From Bacteroidales bacterium (lineage in GTDB: Bacteria > Bacteroidota > Bacteroidia > Bacteroidales > F082): a DNA stretch of 64,000 bases. The translations under genes were made by a program, and so were the position numbers. Numbering within the stretch: the stretch's first letter is position 1; each line of letters begins with the position of its first letter. Below the pieces are notes generated by a model. The model ran no database searches and was not told where the DNA came from. It worked only from the letters and a program-made list of their open reading frames with translations. Shown one piece after another: positions 27,440 to 35,909 of the stretch. The DNA lies in the NCBI GenBank assembly GCA_017549805.1, contig JAFYNJ010000018.1:12503-76502 (forward strand). Direction: 5' to 3'.

Positions 27440-28900
27440 ATGAACGATTTCATCTTAAAACTCGCGCCAGCAGGCGTTTGGAAAGAATTCCAAGGCATCC
27501 TCAGTGTGCCGCGTCCTTCGAAGAAAGAAGCTAAAATGGTCCAATACCTTGAGAAATGGGCCAAAGACCACAAGGTAAAGTATGTGAAAGAAAAATGTGG
27601 CAACATCATCATGACCATCCCAGCCACCAAAGGCATGGAAGACCGCAAAATGATTGCCCTCCAAGCCCACATGGACATGGTGTGCGAGAAGAACGGCGAC
27701 AAGGTCCACGACTTTGAGAAAGACCCCATCGAGGCCGTCATCAAAGGCGAATGGCTGCATGCCAACGGCACCACTCTTGGCGCTGACGACGGCATCGGTG
27801 TTGCTGCTGCCTTAGCCATCATCACCGATCCGAAGGTCAAGCACGGCCCATTGGAGTGCATCTTCACCGTAGATGAAGAGACCGGCCTCACCGGTGCCAT
27901 GGCCCTCGACCCGAAACACATGAAATCACGCATCCTTCTCAACCTCGACTCGGAAGACGAAGGCGAGATCTTCATTGGCTGCGCCGGCGGCATGGACACC
28001 ATCGTGAAGATGTGGTACGACCTGGAGCCCGCTCCGGAAGAAGCCACCGCCTATCGCGTCACCGTGAAAGGCCTCAAAGGCGGTCACAGCGGCGACGACA
28101 TCAACAAGAACCTGGCCAACGCCAACAAGCTGTTGACTCGCATCCTCTGGGAAGCCACCGGCCGTTACGACCTGGCCCTTTATGACTTCCAAGGCGGCAA
28201 CCTCCGCAACGCCATCGCCCGTGAAGCCACTGCCGTGGCCTATCTGCCGAACGATTGCCGCGAGGACTTCGTGAAATACTGCAAGGAAATGGAAGCCAAC
28301 TTCAAGAAGGAATATCAAGTGGCCGAACCAGGCATCACCGTCGTTGCCGAAAAGGCTGAGATCCAACCCGACGTGGTCATCGACGAGGTGTCGCAGTTCG
28401 AACTGCTCAACGCCCTCTACGCTTGTCCTCACGGCGTCATCGAGTGGTCGCAAACCATCCCGAACTTCGTGGAGACCTCAACCAACCTGGCTTCCTGCAA
28501 GAAGAAGGAAGGCTACTTCTTCATCCAGACCTCACAACGCAGCTCCATCGACTCGGCCAAGGAGAACATCGCCAACATGGTGGAGACCATCTTCAATTTG
28601 GCCGGTGCCGACGTGGAACACACCGACGGCTATCCAGGCTGGACTCCCAACCCCAAGTCGAAGATCTGCGACATCGCCGTGAAAGTCTATAAGAAACGCT
28701 TTGGCAAAGACCCGAAGGTGCGCGCCATCCACGCCGGACTGGAATGCGGCCTCATTGGCGACAAGATCAAAGGCATGGACATGATCAGCTTCGGCCCCAC
28801 CCTTCGCGGCGTCCACAGCCCCGACGAACGCCTGGAGATCAAGACCGTCCAGATGTTCTGGGACTTCCTGTGCGATATTCTGAAGAACGCACCGAAGTAA
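27440..28900 (+). CDS. pepD: Aminoacyl-histidine dipeptidase (M20 family, PepD)
   Basis: 486 aa. VPRPSKKE, LQAHMDMV, GTTLGADDGIG, FTVDEETGLTGA, HAGLECG motifs. Confidence 0.9.
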   Translation: MNDFILKLAPAGVWKEFQGILSVPRPSKKEAKMVQYLEKWAKDHKVKYVKEKCGNIIMTIPATKGMEDRKMIALQAHMDMVCEKNGDKVHDFEKDPIEAVIKGEWLHANGTTLGADDGIGVAAALAIITDPKVKHGPLECIFTVDEETGLTGAMALDPKHMKSRILLNLDSEDEGEIFIGCAGGMDTIVKMWYDLEPAPEEATAYRVTVKGLKGGHSGDDINKNLANANKLLTRILWEATGRYDLALYDFQGGNLRNAIAREATAVAYLPNDCREDFVKYCKEMEANFKKEYQVAEPGITVVAEKAEIQPDVVIDEVSQFELLNALYACPHGVIEWSQTIPNFVETSTNLASCKKKEGYFFIQTSQRSSIDSAKENIANMVETIFNLAGADVEHTDGYPGWTPNPKSKICDIAVKVYKKRFGKDPKVRAIHAGLECGLIGDKIKGMDMISFGPTLRGVHSPDERLEIKTVQMFWDFLCDILKNAPK

Positions 28901-28912
28901 TGGAGCGATAGT

Positions 28913-28993
28913 GTCATTGCGAGCGTAGCGAAGCAATCTAGCATGACCAAAACGGTCAGGTTGGATTGCTTCGTCGTTCCTCCTCGCAATGAC
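28913..28993. repeat. Nested palindromic REP-like element after pepD
   Basis: Outer arms are GTCATTGCGAGCGTAGCGAAGCAATC (28913..28938) and GATTGCTTCGTCGTTCCTCCTCGCAATGAC (28964..28993). The inner hairpin is TGACC-AAAAC-GGTCA. The reverse strand reads ...LDCFATLAMT..., a signature of a common Bacteroidota intergenic palindrome. Confidence 0.7.
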
Positions 28994-29045
28994 GTTTACG
29001 GTATGGTTTTTGATAAACCGTTTATTAACTCCCAATTATCGTATT

Positions 29046-29396
29046 ATGAAAAAAACTCTCCTCCTGCTCCTCTTGCTCGCTATCGGCATCGGAGCCTTTG
29101 CCCAGGACAAAGACAAAAAGCCTGGCATCGACAAGCAGAACTGCACTTATACCAATAAGGACGGCAAGACATTCAACCTTTACGGCAAGGTGAAGATCGT
29201 AGAGAGCTTCCCTGACATCAAGGTCCAGATTGTGGAGTCGTTCCCCGACATTGAAGTGAAGCTTGTGGAGAGTTTTCCCGACCAATGTTGCAAGTTCAAG
29301 CTCGTGGAATCGTTTCCTGATGTCAAGGTTCAGATTGTAGAATCATTCCCCGACATCAAAGTCAAAATTGTCGAGAGTTTCCCGGGGATCAAGTAG
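29046..29396 (+). CDS. Secreted small protein made of six tandem about 11-residue (V/L)VESFPD-x-KV repeats
   Basis: Signal peptide MKKTLLLLLLLAIGIGAFAQ, then KVKIVESFPD IKVQIVESFPD IEVKLVESFPD QCCKFKLVESFPD VKVQIVESFPD IKVKIVESFPG IK. Confidence 0.7.
   Translation: MKKTLLLLLLLAIGIGAFAQDKDKKPGIDKQNCTYTNKDGKTFNLYGKVKIVESFPDIKVQIVESFPDIEVKLVESFPDQCCKFKLVESFPDVKVQIVESFPDIKVKIVESFPGIK
29187..29393 (+). repeat. Tandem 33-bp coding repeats (one 39-bp unit) inside the VESFPD gene
   Basis: Periodicity seen directly in the DNA (GTNGAGAGYTTYCCYGAC recurring every 33 nt). Confidence 0.8.
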
Positions 29397-29564
29397 TTAA
29401 CGTCTGAAGGGACAATCAACATTACAGGAGGCACAGCCATTGTCGCCTCCTGTTTTTTTGTCTTTCCCGTCACAACAGGAACGACGGCCTCTGCGCATTG
29501 CAACGATGGCAAACACCACGAGGGCCAAAACAACCACAAGCACTATGACAGTAGCCCAGTTCAT
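29397..29564 (-). CDS. FeoB-associated Cys-rich small membrane protein (55 aa, below the ORF-track cut-off)
   Basis: Hand translation gives MNWATVIVLVVVLALVVFAIVAMRRGRRSCCDGKDKKTGGDNGCASCNVDCPFRR. That is one TM helix plus a Cys-rich tail. The ATG (29564..29562) overlaps the feoB TGA (29563..29561) as ATGA. Confidence 0.75.
   Translation of the reverse strand: MNWATVIVLVVVLALVVFAIVAMRRGRRSCCDGKDKKTGGDNGCASCNVDCPFRR
29424..29459 (+). terminator. Hairpin plus T7 run, possible terminator of the VESFPD gene, embedded in the convergent small CDS
   Basis: ACAGGAGGC-N12-GCCTCCTGT followed by TTTTTTT on the plus strand. It lies inside 29397..29564 on the other strand. Confidence 0.45.
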
Positions 29565-31948
29565 CCGATGACAGCATTAGCAACGAGATAGGCGATCCAT
29601 GCCATGACCCATGCCACGGCACATTGGAAAAGGATCACGAAAAAGACCCACTTGCTTCCCAATTCGCGACGGATGGCGGCGACAGCTGCCACACAAGGCG
29701 TATAGAGCAAGCAGAAAACCAGCATGGAAATGGATGTCACCGTGGTAAAGAGCGGCATGGCATCCAACACCTCCAAAGTGGCCACCACGCTTTCCTTGGC
29801 CATGAAGCCACTGATCAAGGCCGTGACCACCTGCCATGAGCCGAGACCCAAGGGACGGAAGATGGGGGCAATCCAGCCAGCCACGCTCGCCAAAATGCTT
29901 CCTTCGCCATTCTCCACCATCTGGAAATGGAAATCGAAGGTCTGCAGGAACCAAATCACCAACGAGGCGATGAAGATCACCGTGAAGGCGCGTTGCAGGA
30001 AGTCCTTAGTCTTGTCCCACAGCAAATGCGCCACATTCTTGATGCCCGGCAAACGGTAGTTGGGCAATTCCAACACAAAAGGCGCCACATCGCGCTTCTT
30101 GCCGAACCATTTGGTCACCAAGGCAGTGATGATGCCAACGACAATACCTAACAGATACAGGCCAATCAGCACCACTCCTCCATGATGCGGGAAAAACATG
30201 CTGGTGAAGAAGGCATAGATCGGGATCTTGGCGGAACAACTCATGAATGGCGTCAACAGAATAGTGCGCCAACGGTCATGGGTGGAATGCAAGGTGCGTG
30301 TAGCCATCACCGCAGGCACGGTGCAGCCGAAGCCGATGAGCATAGGGACGATACTATGGCCAGTAAGACCCAGTTTACGCAGGAAGCTGTCGCTCACAAA
30401 TGCCACGCGAGCCATATAGCCGCTGTCCTCCAGCAAACTCAGGAAGAAAAACAGCAAAATGATGATGGGCACAAAGCTCAACACACTGCCCACTCCGCCA
30501 AAGATGCCGTCCACAACCAACGACTGTACAGCTGGATTGACATTCCAATTGGCCAAGGCTGTGCCGCACTGTCCGGCAAGCCACGAGATACCCTGGTCGA
30601 GCCAATCCTGCAAGGGAGCGCCCAACACATCGATGGAAAGCCATATCACAGCGACCATCACAAGGATGAAAATCGGGATGGCTGTCCATTTGCCGGTCAA
30701 CACCTTGTCAATCCGACGACTGCGCTGGTACTCCTTGCTTTCCCTGGGCTTCACCACGGTTTTGTCACACAGTCGCTTGATAAAGGCAAAACGCATCTCT
30801 GCCATGGCAGCGGCGCGATCCAACCCGCGCTCCTCCTCCATCTGGACAACAAGGTGTTCAAGGGTCTCCTTCTCGTTCTGCGAAAGCTTCAAGGCTTCCA
30901 TCACAATCTCATCGCCTTCGATGAGCTTGGAGGCAGCGAAACGCACGGGGATGTCGGCACGTTGGGCATGATCCTCGATAAGGTGCATGATGCTGTGTAG
31001 GCAACGGTGCACAGCGCCGCCATGGTCGTCTTTGTCGCAAAAGTCCTGACGGACAGGCTCTTCTTGATACTTCGCTACGTGAATGGCATGCTCCACCAAC
31101 TCGGCCACACCCTCGTTCTTCGAAGCGGAGATGGGAACCACAGGCAAGCCGAGAATCTTCTCCATCTCGTTCATCAAGATGCTGCCGCCGTTGTTTCGGA
31201 CTTCGTCCATCATATTCAAAGCCAGCACCATGGGAACGCCAAGTTCCATCAGCTGCATGGTCAAATAGAGATTGCGTTCAATGTTGTTGGCATCCACAAT
31301 GTTGATGATGGCCTTGGGCTTCTCTTCCATAATAAACTGACGCGAGACCAGTTCTTCAGAAGTATAAGGTGAAAGCGAATAGATGCCTGGCAGGTCGGTG
31401 ACCAAAGTGTCGGGGTGCCCTTTAATGACACCATCTTTGCGATCGACGGTGACACCCGGGAAATTGCCCACATGCTGGTTGGCACCCGTCAGTTGGTTGA
31501 ACAGCGTGGTCTTGCCACAATTCTGCTGACCAGCCAAGGCAAAAGTAAGCTTGGTGCCTTTCGGCAAGGGATTCTCATGGGTCTTGTCGTGATAGATACC
31601 CTCTTCACCCAAACCAGGGTGGGCGTTATGGTCATGCAGGGCGCTGATATACAGTTTTTCGTCGCTTTGGGAGTCATGCGATTCAACCGTATCGGGTTCA
31701 CAAGGTTTTACCTCGATCAAAGCGGCATCGGCTTTGCGCAGGGTCAGCGAATAGCCATGTACGGTCACCTCCATCGGGTCGCCCAAAGGAGCGTATTTCA
31801 CTAGTTTAATCACGGCATCGGGGATGAGTCCCATGTCGAGAAAATGCTGTCGTCGCGATCCTTCGCCATTCACAGCCTGGATGAGGGCGGATTGTCCGAT
31901 TTCAAGATGGTCAAGCGTTATCATAGTCAAATCCATTTTATGCTGCAA
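29561..31948 (-). CDS. feoB: Ferrous iron transporter, fused FeoA-FeoB
   Basis: N-terminal FeoA-like SH3 (LEIGQSALIQAVNGEG...). G-domain GQQNCGKTTLFNQLTG with DLPGIYSL, plus a polytopic permease domain. The start could be 31948, 31936 or 31924. Confidence 0.93.
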   Translation of the reverse strand: MQHKMDLTMITLDHLEIGQSALIQAVNGEGSRRQHFLDMGLIPDAVIKLVKYAPLGDPMEVTVHGYSLTLRKADAALIEVKPCEPDTVESHDSQSDEKLYISALHDHNAHPGLGEEGIYHDKTHENPLPKGTKLTFALAGQQNCGKTTLFNQLTGANQHVGNFPGVTVDRKDGVIKGHPDTLVTDLPGIYSLSPYTSEELVSRQFIMEEKPKAIINIVDANNIERNLYLTMQLMELGVPMVLALNMMDEVRNNGGSILMNEMEKILGLPVVPISASKNEGVAELVEHAIHVAKYQEEPVRQDFCDKDDHGGAVHRCLHSIMHLIEDHAQRADIPVRFAASKLIEGDEIVMEALKLSQNEKETLEHLVVQMEEERGLDRAAAMAEMRFAFIKRLCDKTVVKPRESKEYQRSRRIDKVLTGKWTAIPIFILVMVAVIWLSIDVLGAPLQDWLDQGISWLAGQCGTALANWNVNPAVQSLVVDGIFGGVGSVLSFVPIIILLFFFLSLLEDSGYMARVAFVSDSFLRKLGLTGHSIVPMLIGFGCTVPAVMATRTLHSTHDRWRTILLTPFMSCSAKIPIYAFFTSMFFPHHGGVVLIGLYLLGIVVGIITALVTKWFGKKRDVAPFVLELPNYRLPGIKNVAHLLWDKTKDFLQRAFTVIFIASLVIWFLQTFDFHFQMVENGEGSILASVAGWIAPIFRPLGLGSWQVVTALISGFMAKESVVATLEVLDAMPLFTTVTSISMLVFCLLYTPCVAAVAAIRRELGSKWVFFVILFQCAVAWVMAWIAYLVANAVIG

Positions 31949-31995
31949 AATTACACGACGTTTCTCTATCGGCCAATCCCCATTAATAGGGATAT

Positions 31996-33495
31996 TTAAC
32001 GTTGTTTTATCCTTATTGGTTGTTCTCGAACAAGATAGCGTACACTCACTTCCGGAAGCTTTTTGTCGCCTTTTACCTCACACTTGAAAATCACAGTCGA
32101 TTCGCCTTCGGGAAGGATGAGCGCTGTATCCATGGCAAATTCTTTGAGGGTTCGGTAATCGGCATCGGTAACCCTCGCTATTCCATCGAAGTCACAAAGC
32201 AAGTATTGACCAGCTTTCACGACACAAGGGAATCGAAGGGTATCCATCGCCGTGATCAGCATTGGCTGACGGATTTCTCCTTGGCCTTTAATCTCGACAC
32301 GCAAAGCGGCTTCATTCGTCTCTTCCGACTTCCAAAGCCAGGTATCCTCAATAGGACCCGCCTTGGCAATGATGCAACGGTAGCCGCGCGATAGACGAAC
32401 GGGAAACAGCAAATAACTCTCATCACTCTCCGGCTCAAGATGCCAGTCCGTATAAGGATCACCGAGTTCCTCCTTCTGAGTCGGGGTCAACAGGTTTTCA
32501 TCGCACACCCTATTCCATGCCTTGACCAATGCCATCATTTTATCGAGTTGTCCATGGCGTTTCAAGGCAATACGGTCGATCACCAGACCGTATCCCGCGT
32601 CAAAAGCCACTGCCTTGGAAAGCAACCATTCCAGATCTTCCAAAGTAGTACTCGACTGACGCTTGTCGGAAACAAGGATGGGAAACCAACCCAACATCAT
32701 CGGCTCTCCATCATCGAGCAAGGCTTGCTCTTTGGTCCATCGATCCACCAGCTGCACCCGTTGCGATGTATTCAGCATCGCCTGGCCATAGCCGCCAGAA
32801 GGCATCGAGAACGGACTCCCTGAGGCCACAATTCTTTCTGCAAGGCATTTGCGCACCGAATCCAACAACACACCATCAGGAGCACAATACCGTTCAGGAG
32901 CATCCCAAAGCTTATAGGCTTCCTCCCTCTTTTCGTGGGCTTCTGCCTTGGTACCGTAAAGGCCGCGGGAACAGCCATGCAAAAACAACATATCGCCAGC
33001 AGGCTCCATGGTGCCGTAGGATACCATTTCCTTGCCAATCAGTAACAGATTCAAGGTGGAGGGTTGGTCCAGCTCTTCGGAATGATAGATCACCAAATCG
33101 CGCTGCTCCGCCGTGATGTCGGAAAAAAGCTGCACAGGACCCGTTTTGCGCAACTGCTTGTAAAAACGGGGGGCGAAAAAAGCATCATTGAGACTAACGG
33201 CATCTTCGTTAACCAATATGCCAAGCCTCACTCCCGCCTCAGCAGCCTTCTGAACCATGCGAGCCACCGAACGGTTGCCCTTTTTGGCAAAAGATGGGTT
33301 CCATTCATAATGGCCATAGGAAGAGAAGGGACAGCGATGCAACAACTCCTTGAATCCGCCTTGGCGACAAAGGTCCAGCACCGTCTCCAGCTCATCCTCA
33401 TTGAAGTCAGAAACCAAATAAGGCTGGGGCGACTGGGCCATGACCGTCAGTCCAAGCAACAAGCAAGCTATTATGACGACGATTTGTCTCATCAA
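31996..33495 (-). CDS. Secreted hypothetical protein (499 aa)
   Basis: Signal peptide MMRQIVVIIACLLLGLTVMAQ. I cannot assign any family motif. It overlaps the dgt stop by 4 nt (ATGA). Confidence 0.6.
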   Translation of the reverse strand: MMRQIVVIIACLLLGLTVMAQSPQPYLVSDFNEDELETVLDLCRQGGFKELLHRCPFSSYGHYEWNPSFAKKGNRSVARMVQKAAEAGVRLGILVNEDAVSLNDAFFAPRFYKQLRKTGPVQLFSDITAEQRDLVIYHSEELDQPSTLNLLLIGKEMVSYGTMEPAGDMLFLHGCSRGLYGTKAEAHEKREEAYKLWDAPERYCAPDGVLLDSVRKCLAERIVASGSPFSMPSGGYGQAMLNTSQRVQLVDRWTKEQALLDDGEPMMLGWFPILVSDKRQSSTTLEDLEWLLSKAVAFDAGYGLVIDRIALKRHGQLDKMMALVKAWNRVCDENLLTPTQKEELGDPYTDWHLEPESDESYLLFPVRLSRGYRCIIAKAGPIEDTWLWKSEETNEAALRVEIKGQGEIRQPMLITAMDTLRFPCVVKAGQYLLCDFDGIARVTDADYRTLKEFAMDTALILPEGESTVIFKCEVKGDKKLPEVSVRYLVREQPIRIKQR

Positions 33496-34805
33496 TCAAT
33501 CCCCCTTAGGTCCTTATAAAGTTGTACGGCATACAGGTCCGTCATGTTGGAGATGAAGTCCAGCACCGACTGAGTCTTCGAATAGGCATCCTCATTCGTA
33601 CTCTTGAACTGTTCAGGCATCAGGCTGAGGAGCTTCTTGTTGTAGGCTCCTTCGGGATGCATCACCGCATCGGTAAACTCTTCCAGCAAGGTGCCGATCA
33701 CATTGAAACCCGTCAGCTCTATTTTCACCACCGAGGGATGGCGATAGATGTGCTTCACCGATTCCACCCGACATTCATCCAACGCATTCTTCTCAAATTC
33801 GGGAAGATACGAAATCAAACTTTTTGAAAAGACGCCTTCCATGATGGCATCGTAATGATCAAGGAAGACTTGGCTCACGCAATTGACCAACTTGTTGATG
33901 AGCATGGCGCGAAGGAAAGCCATGCGTTCATTCACATCGCTCACTTCATGGTAAGCCTTCTCCTTATGCATATAGAAGTCCTTCTCCTTGTCAGGATCGA
34001 AGAACGAGAGGAAGCATCGCTCGATGGTCTCGGTACCGACGATGCCCCGCTTGTGGGCATCCTCCATATCGAGCACAAGATAGCAGATGTCGTCGGCCGC
34101 CTCCATCATATAGGAAAGGGGATGGCGTGCATAGACAAGGTGTTCGGCATCCATCCGAGGCAGGCCACATTCTTTGGCCACTTCTTCAAAGTCGTGGATT
34201 TCCGAATAGAACACGTTGTATTTCTTCCGATCGCCTTTGCTGAACGAAGGGTACGGATATTTGATCAAAGTGGCCAAGGTGGCGGATGTCAGGGAGAAGC
34301 CACCGGGGCGGCGACCCGAGAACTGGTGGGTCAGCAGCCTGAAGGCATTGGCATTGCCTTCGAAAGCCACGAGGTCGGTCCACTGTTCCGGCTTGACCTG
34401 TTCTTTCAGTTCCTTGCCCCTTCCCTCTTTGAAGAAGCTGCCTATGGTATCTTCACCCGAATGCCCAAACGGCGGGTTGCCCAGGTCATGGGCCAAACAA
34501 GCTGATGCCACGATGGTCTCGATGTCGGACTGTCGTTCTTTCAGTTCAGGATATTTTTCAGCGAGTTTCTGAACAGTAAGACAAGCTATGGAACGTCCCA
34601 CACTGGCCACTTCGAGGCTATGCGTCAGACGGTTGTGTACCATCTGGGCGCCTGGCAGCGGAAACACCTGAGTCTTGTTCTGCAACCTGCGGAAAGGGCT
34701 TGAGAAGATGATGCGGTCGTAGTCGCGTTGGAAGCTGCTGCGGACGTCGGCACTCTTCTGAGGCGATGCGATGCGTTTGTTGGATAGAAGGTCGGACCAG
34801 TTCAT
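33492..34805 (-). CDS. dgt: dNTP (dGTP) triphosphohydrolase, HD superfamily
   Basis: RDYDRIIFSSPFRRL, HNRLTHSLEVASVGR, HDLGNPPFGHSGE motifs. Confidence 0.9.
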   Translation of the reverse strand: MNWSDLLSNKRIASPQKSADVRSSFQRDYDRIIFSSPFRRLQNKTQVFPLPGAQMVHNRLTHSLEVASVGRSIACLTVQKLAEKYPELKERQSDIETIVASACLAHDLGNPPFGHSGEDTIGSFFKEGRGKELKEQVKPEQWTDLVAFEGNANAFRLLTHQFSGRRPGGFSLTSATLATLIKYPYPSFSKGDRKKYNVFYSEIHDFEEVAKECGLPRMDAEHLVYARHPLSYMMEAADDICYLVLDMEDAHKRGIVGTETIERCFLSFFDPDKEKDFYMHKEKAYHEVSDVNERMAFLRAMLINKLVNCVSQVFLDHYDAIMEGVFSKSLISYLPEFEKNALDECRVESVKHIYRHPSVVKIELTGFNVIGTLLEEFTDAVMHPEGAYNKKLLSLMPEQFKSTNEDAYSKTQSVLDFISNMTDLYAVQLYKDLRGID

Positions 34806-34830
34806 GGAGTGAGGAGTTAGGTGTGAGGAG

Positions 34831-35853
34831 TTAGGAGTTCAATGATTGTCTGGCGTATGGCGTTAAATCTTGGGACGCAAACTCTCCCTTGAGATACTTG
34901 AAATAGCCAGCCACGGCCACCATGGCAGCATTGTCGGTGCTATAGCTGAGACGTGGGATGAACACTTTCCAATGATACTTTTCACCCATGGCGAGCATGG
35001 CGTCGTGAAGACCGCTGTTGGCACTCACGCCACCAGCAATGGCGACCGTCTTGATGCCTGTTTGCTTGCTGGCCTTTACCAACTTGTTCATCAAGATGTC
35101 AATGATGGTTTTCTGCACCGAAGCACACAGGTTTTCCTTGTTTTCCTCAATGAAGTTGGGATTGAGCTTGAGGTTGTCGCGCACCGTATAGAGGATGCTG
35201 GTCTTCAATCCGCTGAAGCTATAATCCAAACCAGGGATGTTGGGCTTGGCAAAGCTGAAAGCGTTGGGGTTGCCAATCTTGGCCAGTTTATCGATGACGG
35301 GACCGCCCGGATAGGGCAAACCCAGTATCTTGGCCGTCTTGTCGAAGGCCTCCCCCGCCGCGTCGTCGATGGTCTTGCCGATGACTTCCATGTCGAAATA
35401 ATCCTTCACCACCACAATCTGGGTATGGCCGCCCGACACGGTAAGGCACAAAAACGGGAAGTCGGGCACCTCGGTATGGGTGGCATCAGTGGCAAAATGC
35501 ACCAGGATATGGGCGTTCATGTGGTCGATCTCCACCATCGGGATGTTCAGGGTCTGCGCAAAAGCCTTTGCAAATGAGGTTCCTACAAGCAAGGATCCCA
35601 AAAGACCCGGCCCACGCGTAAAAGCGATTGCAGCTAATTGATTTTTGTTTATATTTGCATCCTTTAAGGCCGTGTCGATAACGGGGATGATATTTTGCTG
35701 ATGGGCACGCGAGGCCAATTCGGGGACAACGCCTCCGTATTTCTCGTGGACCTTCTGTCCGGCAATGACATTGGAAAGCACGCATGTGCCTTGAAGGACC
35801 GCGGCAGAAGTGTCGTCACACGATGACTCGATGCCTAAAATGTATTCGTTCAT
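34831..35853 (-). CDS. tsaD: tRNA N6-adenosine threonylcarbamoyltransferase
   Basis: ILGIESSCDDTSAAV, GGVVPELASRAH, SGGHTQ, GGVSAN motifs. Confidence 0.95.
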   Translation of the reverse strand: MNEYILGIESSCDDTSAAVLQGTCVLSNVIAGQKVHEKYGGVVPELASRAHQQNIIPVIDTALKDANINKNQLAAIAFTRGPGLLGSLLVGTSFAKAFAQTLNIPMVEIDHMNAHILVHFATDATHTEVPDFPFLCLTVSGGHTQIVVVKDYFDMEVIGKTIDDAAGEAFDKTAKILGLPYPGGPVIDKLAKIGNPNAFSFAKPNIPGLDYSFSGLKTSILYTVRDNLKLNPNFIEENKENLCASVQKTIIDILMNKLVKASKQTGIKTVAIAGGVSANSGLHDAMLAMGEKYHWKVFIPRLSYSTDNAAMVAVAGYFKYLKGEFASQDLTPYARQSLNS

Positions 35854-35909
35854 GAACTGAGATTTGGAGGCTCAAAATTATTAAAAAAAAGATTATCCAT
35901 AGTATCCTC

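Noticed and set aside
29330-29539. 69-aa minus-strand ORF from the track downstream of feoB
   Set aside because: It is in a different frame from the 55-aa TM plus Cys-rich ORF, which has the ATGA coupling and a family-like pattern. The 69-aa translation has no features and runs into the convergent VESFPD gene.
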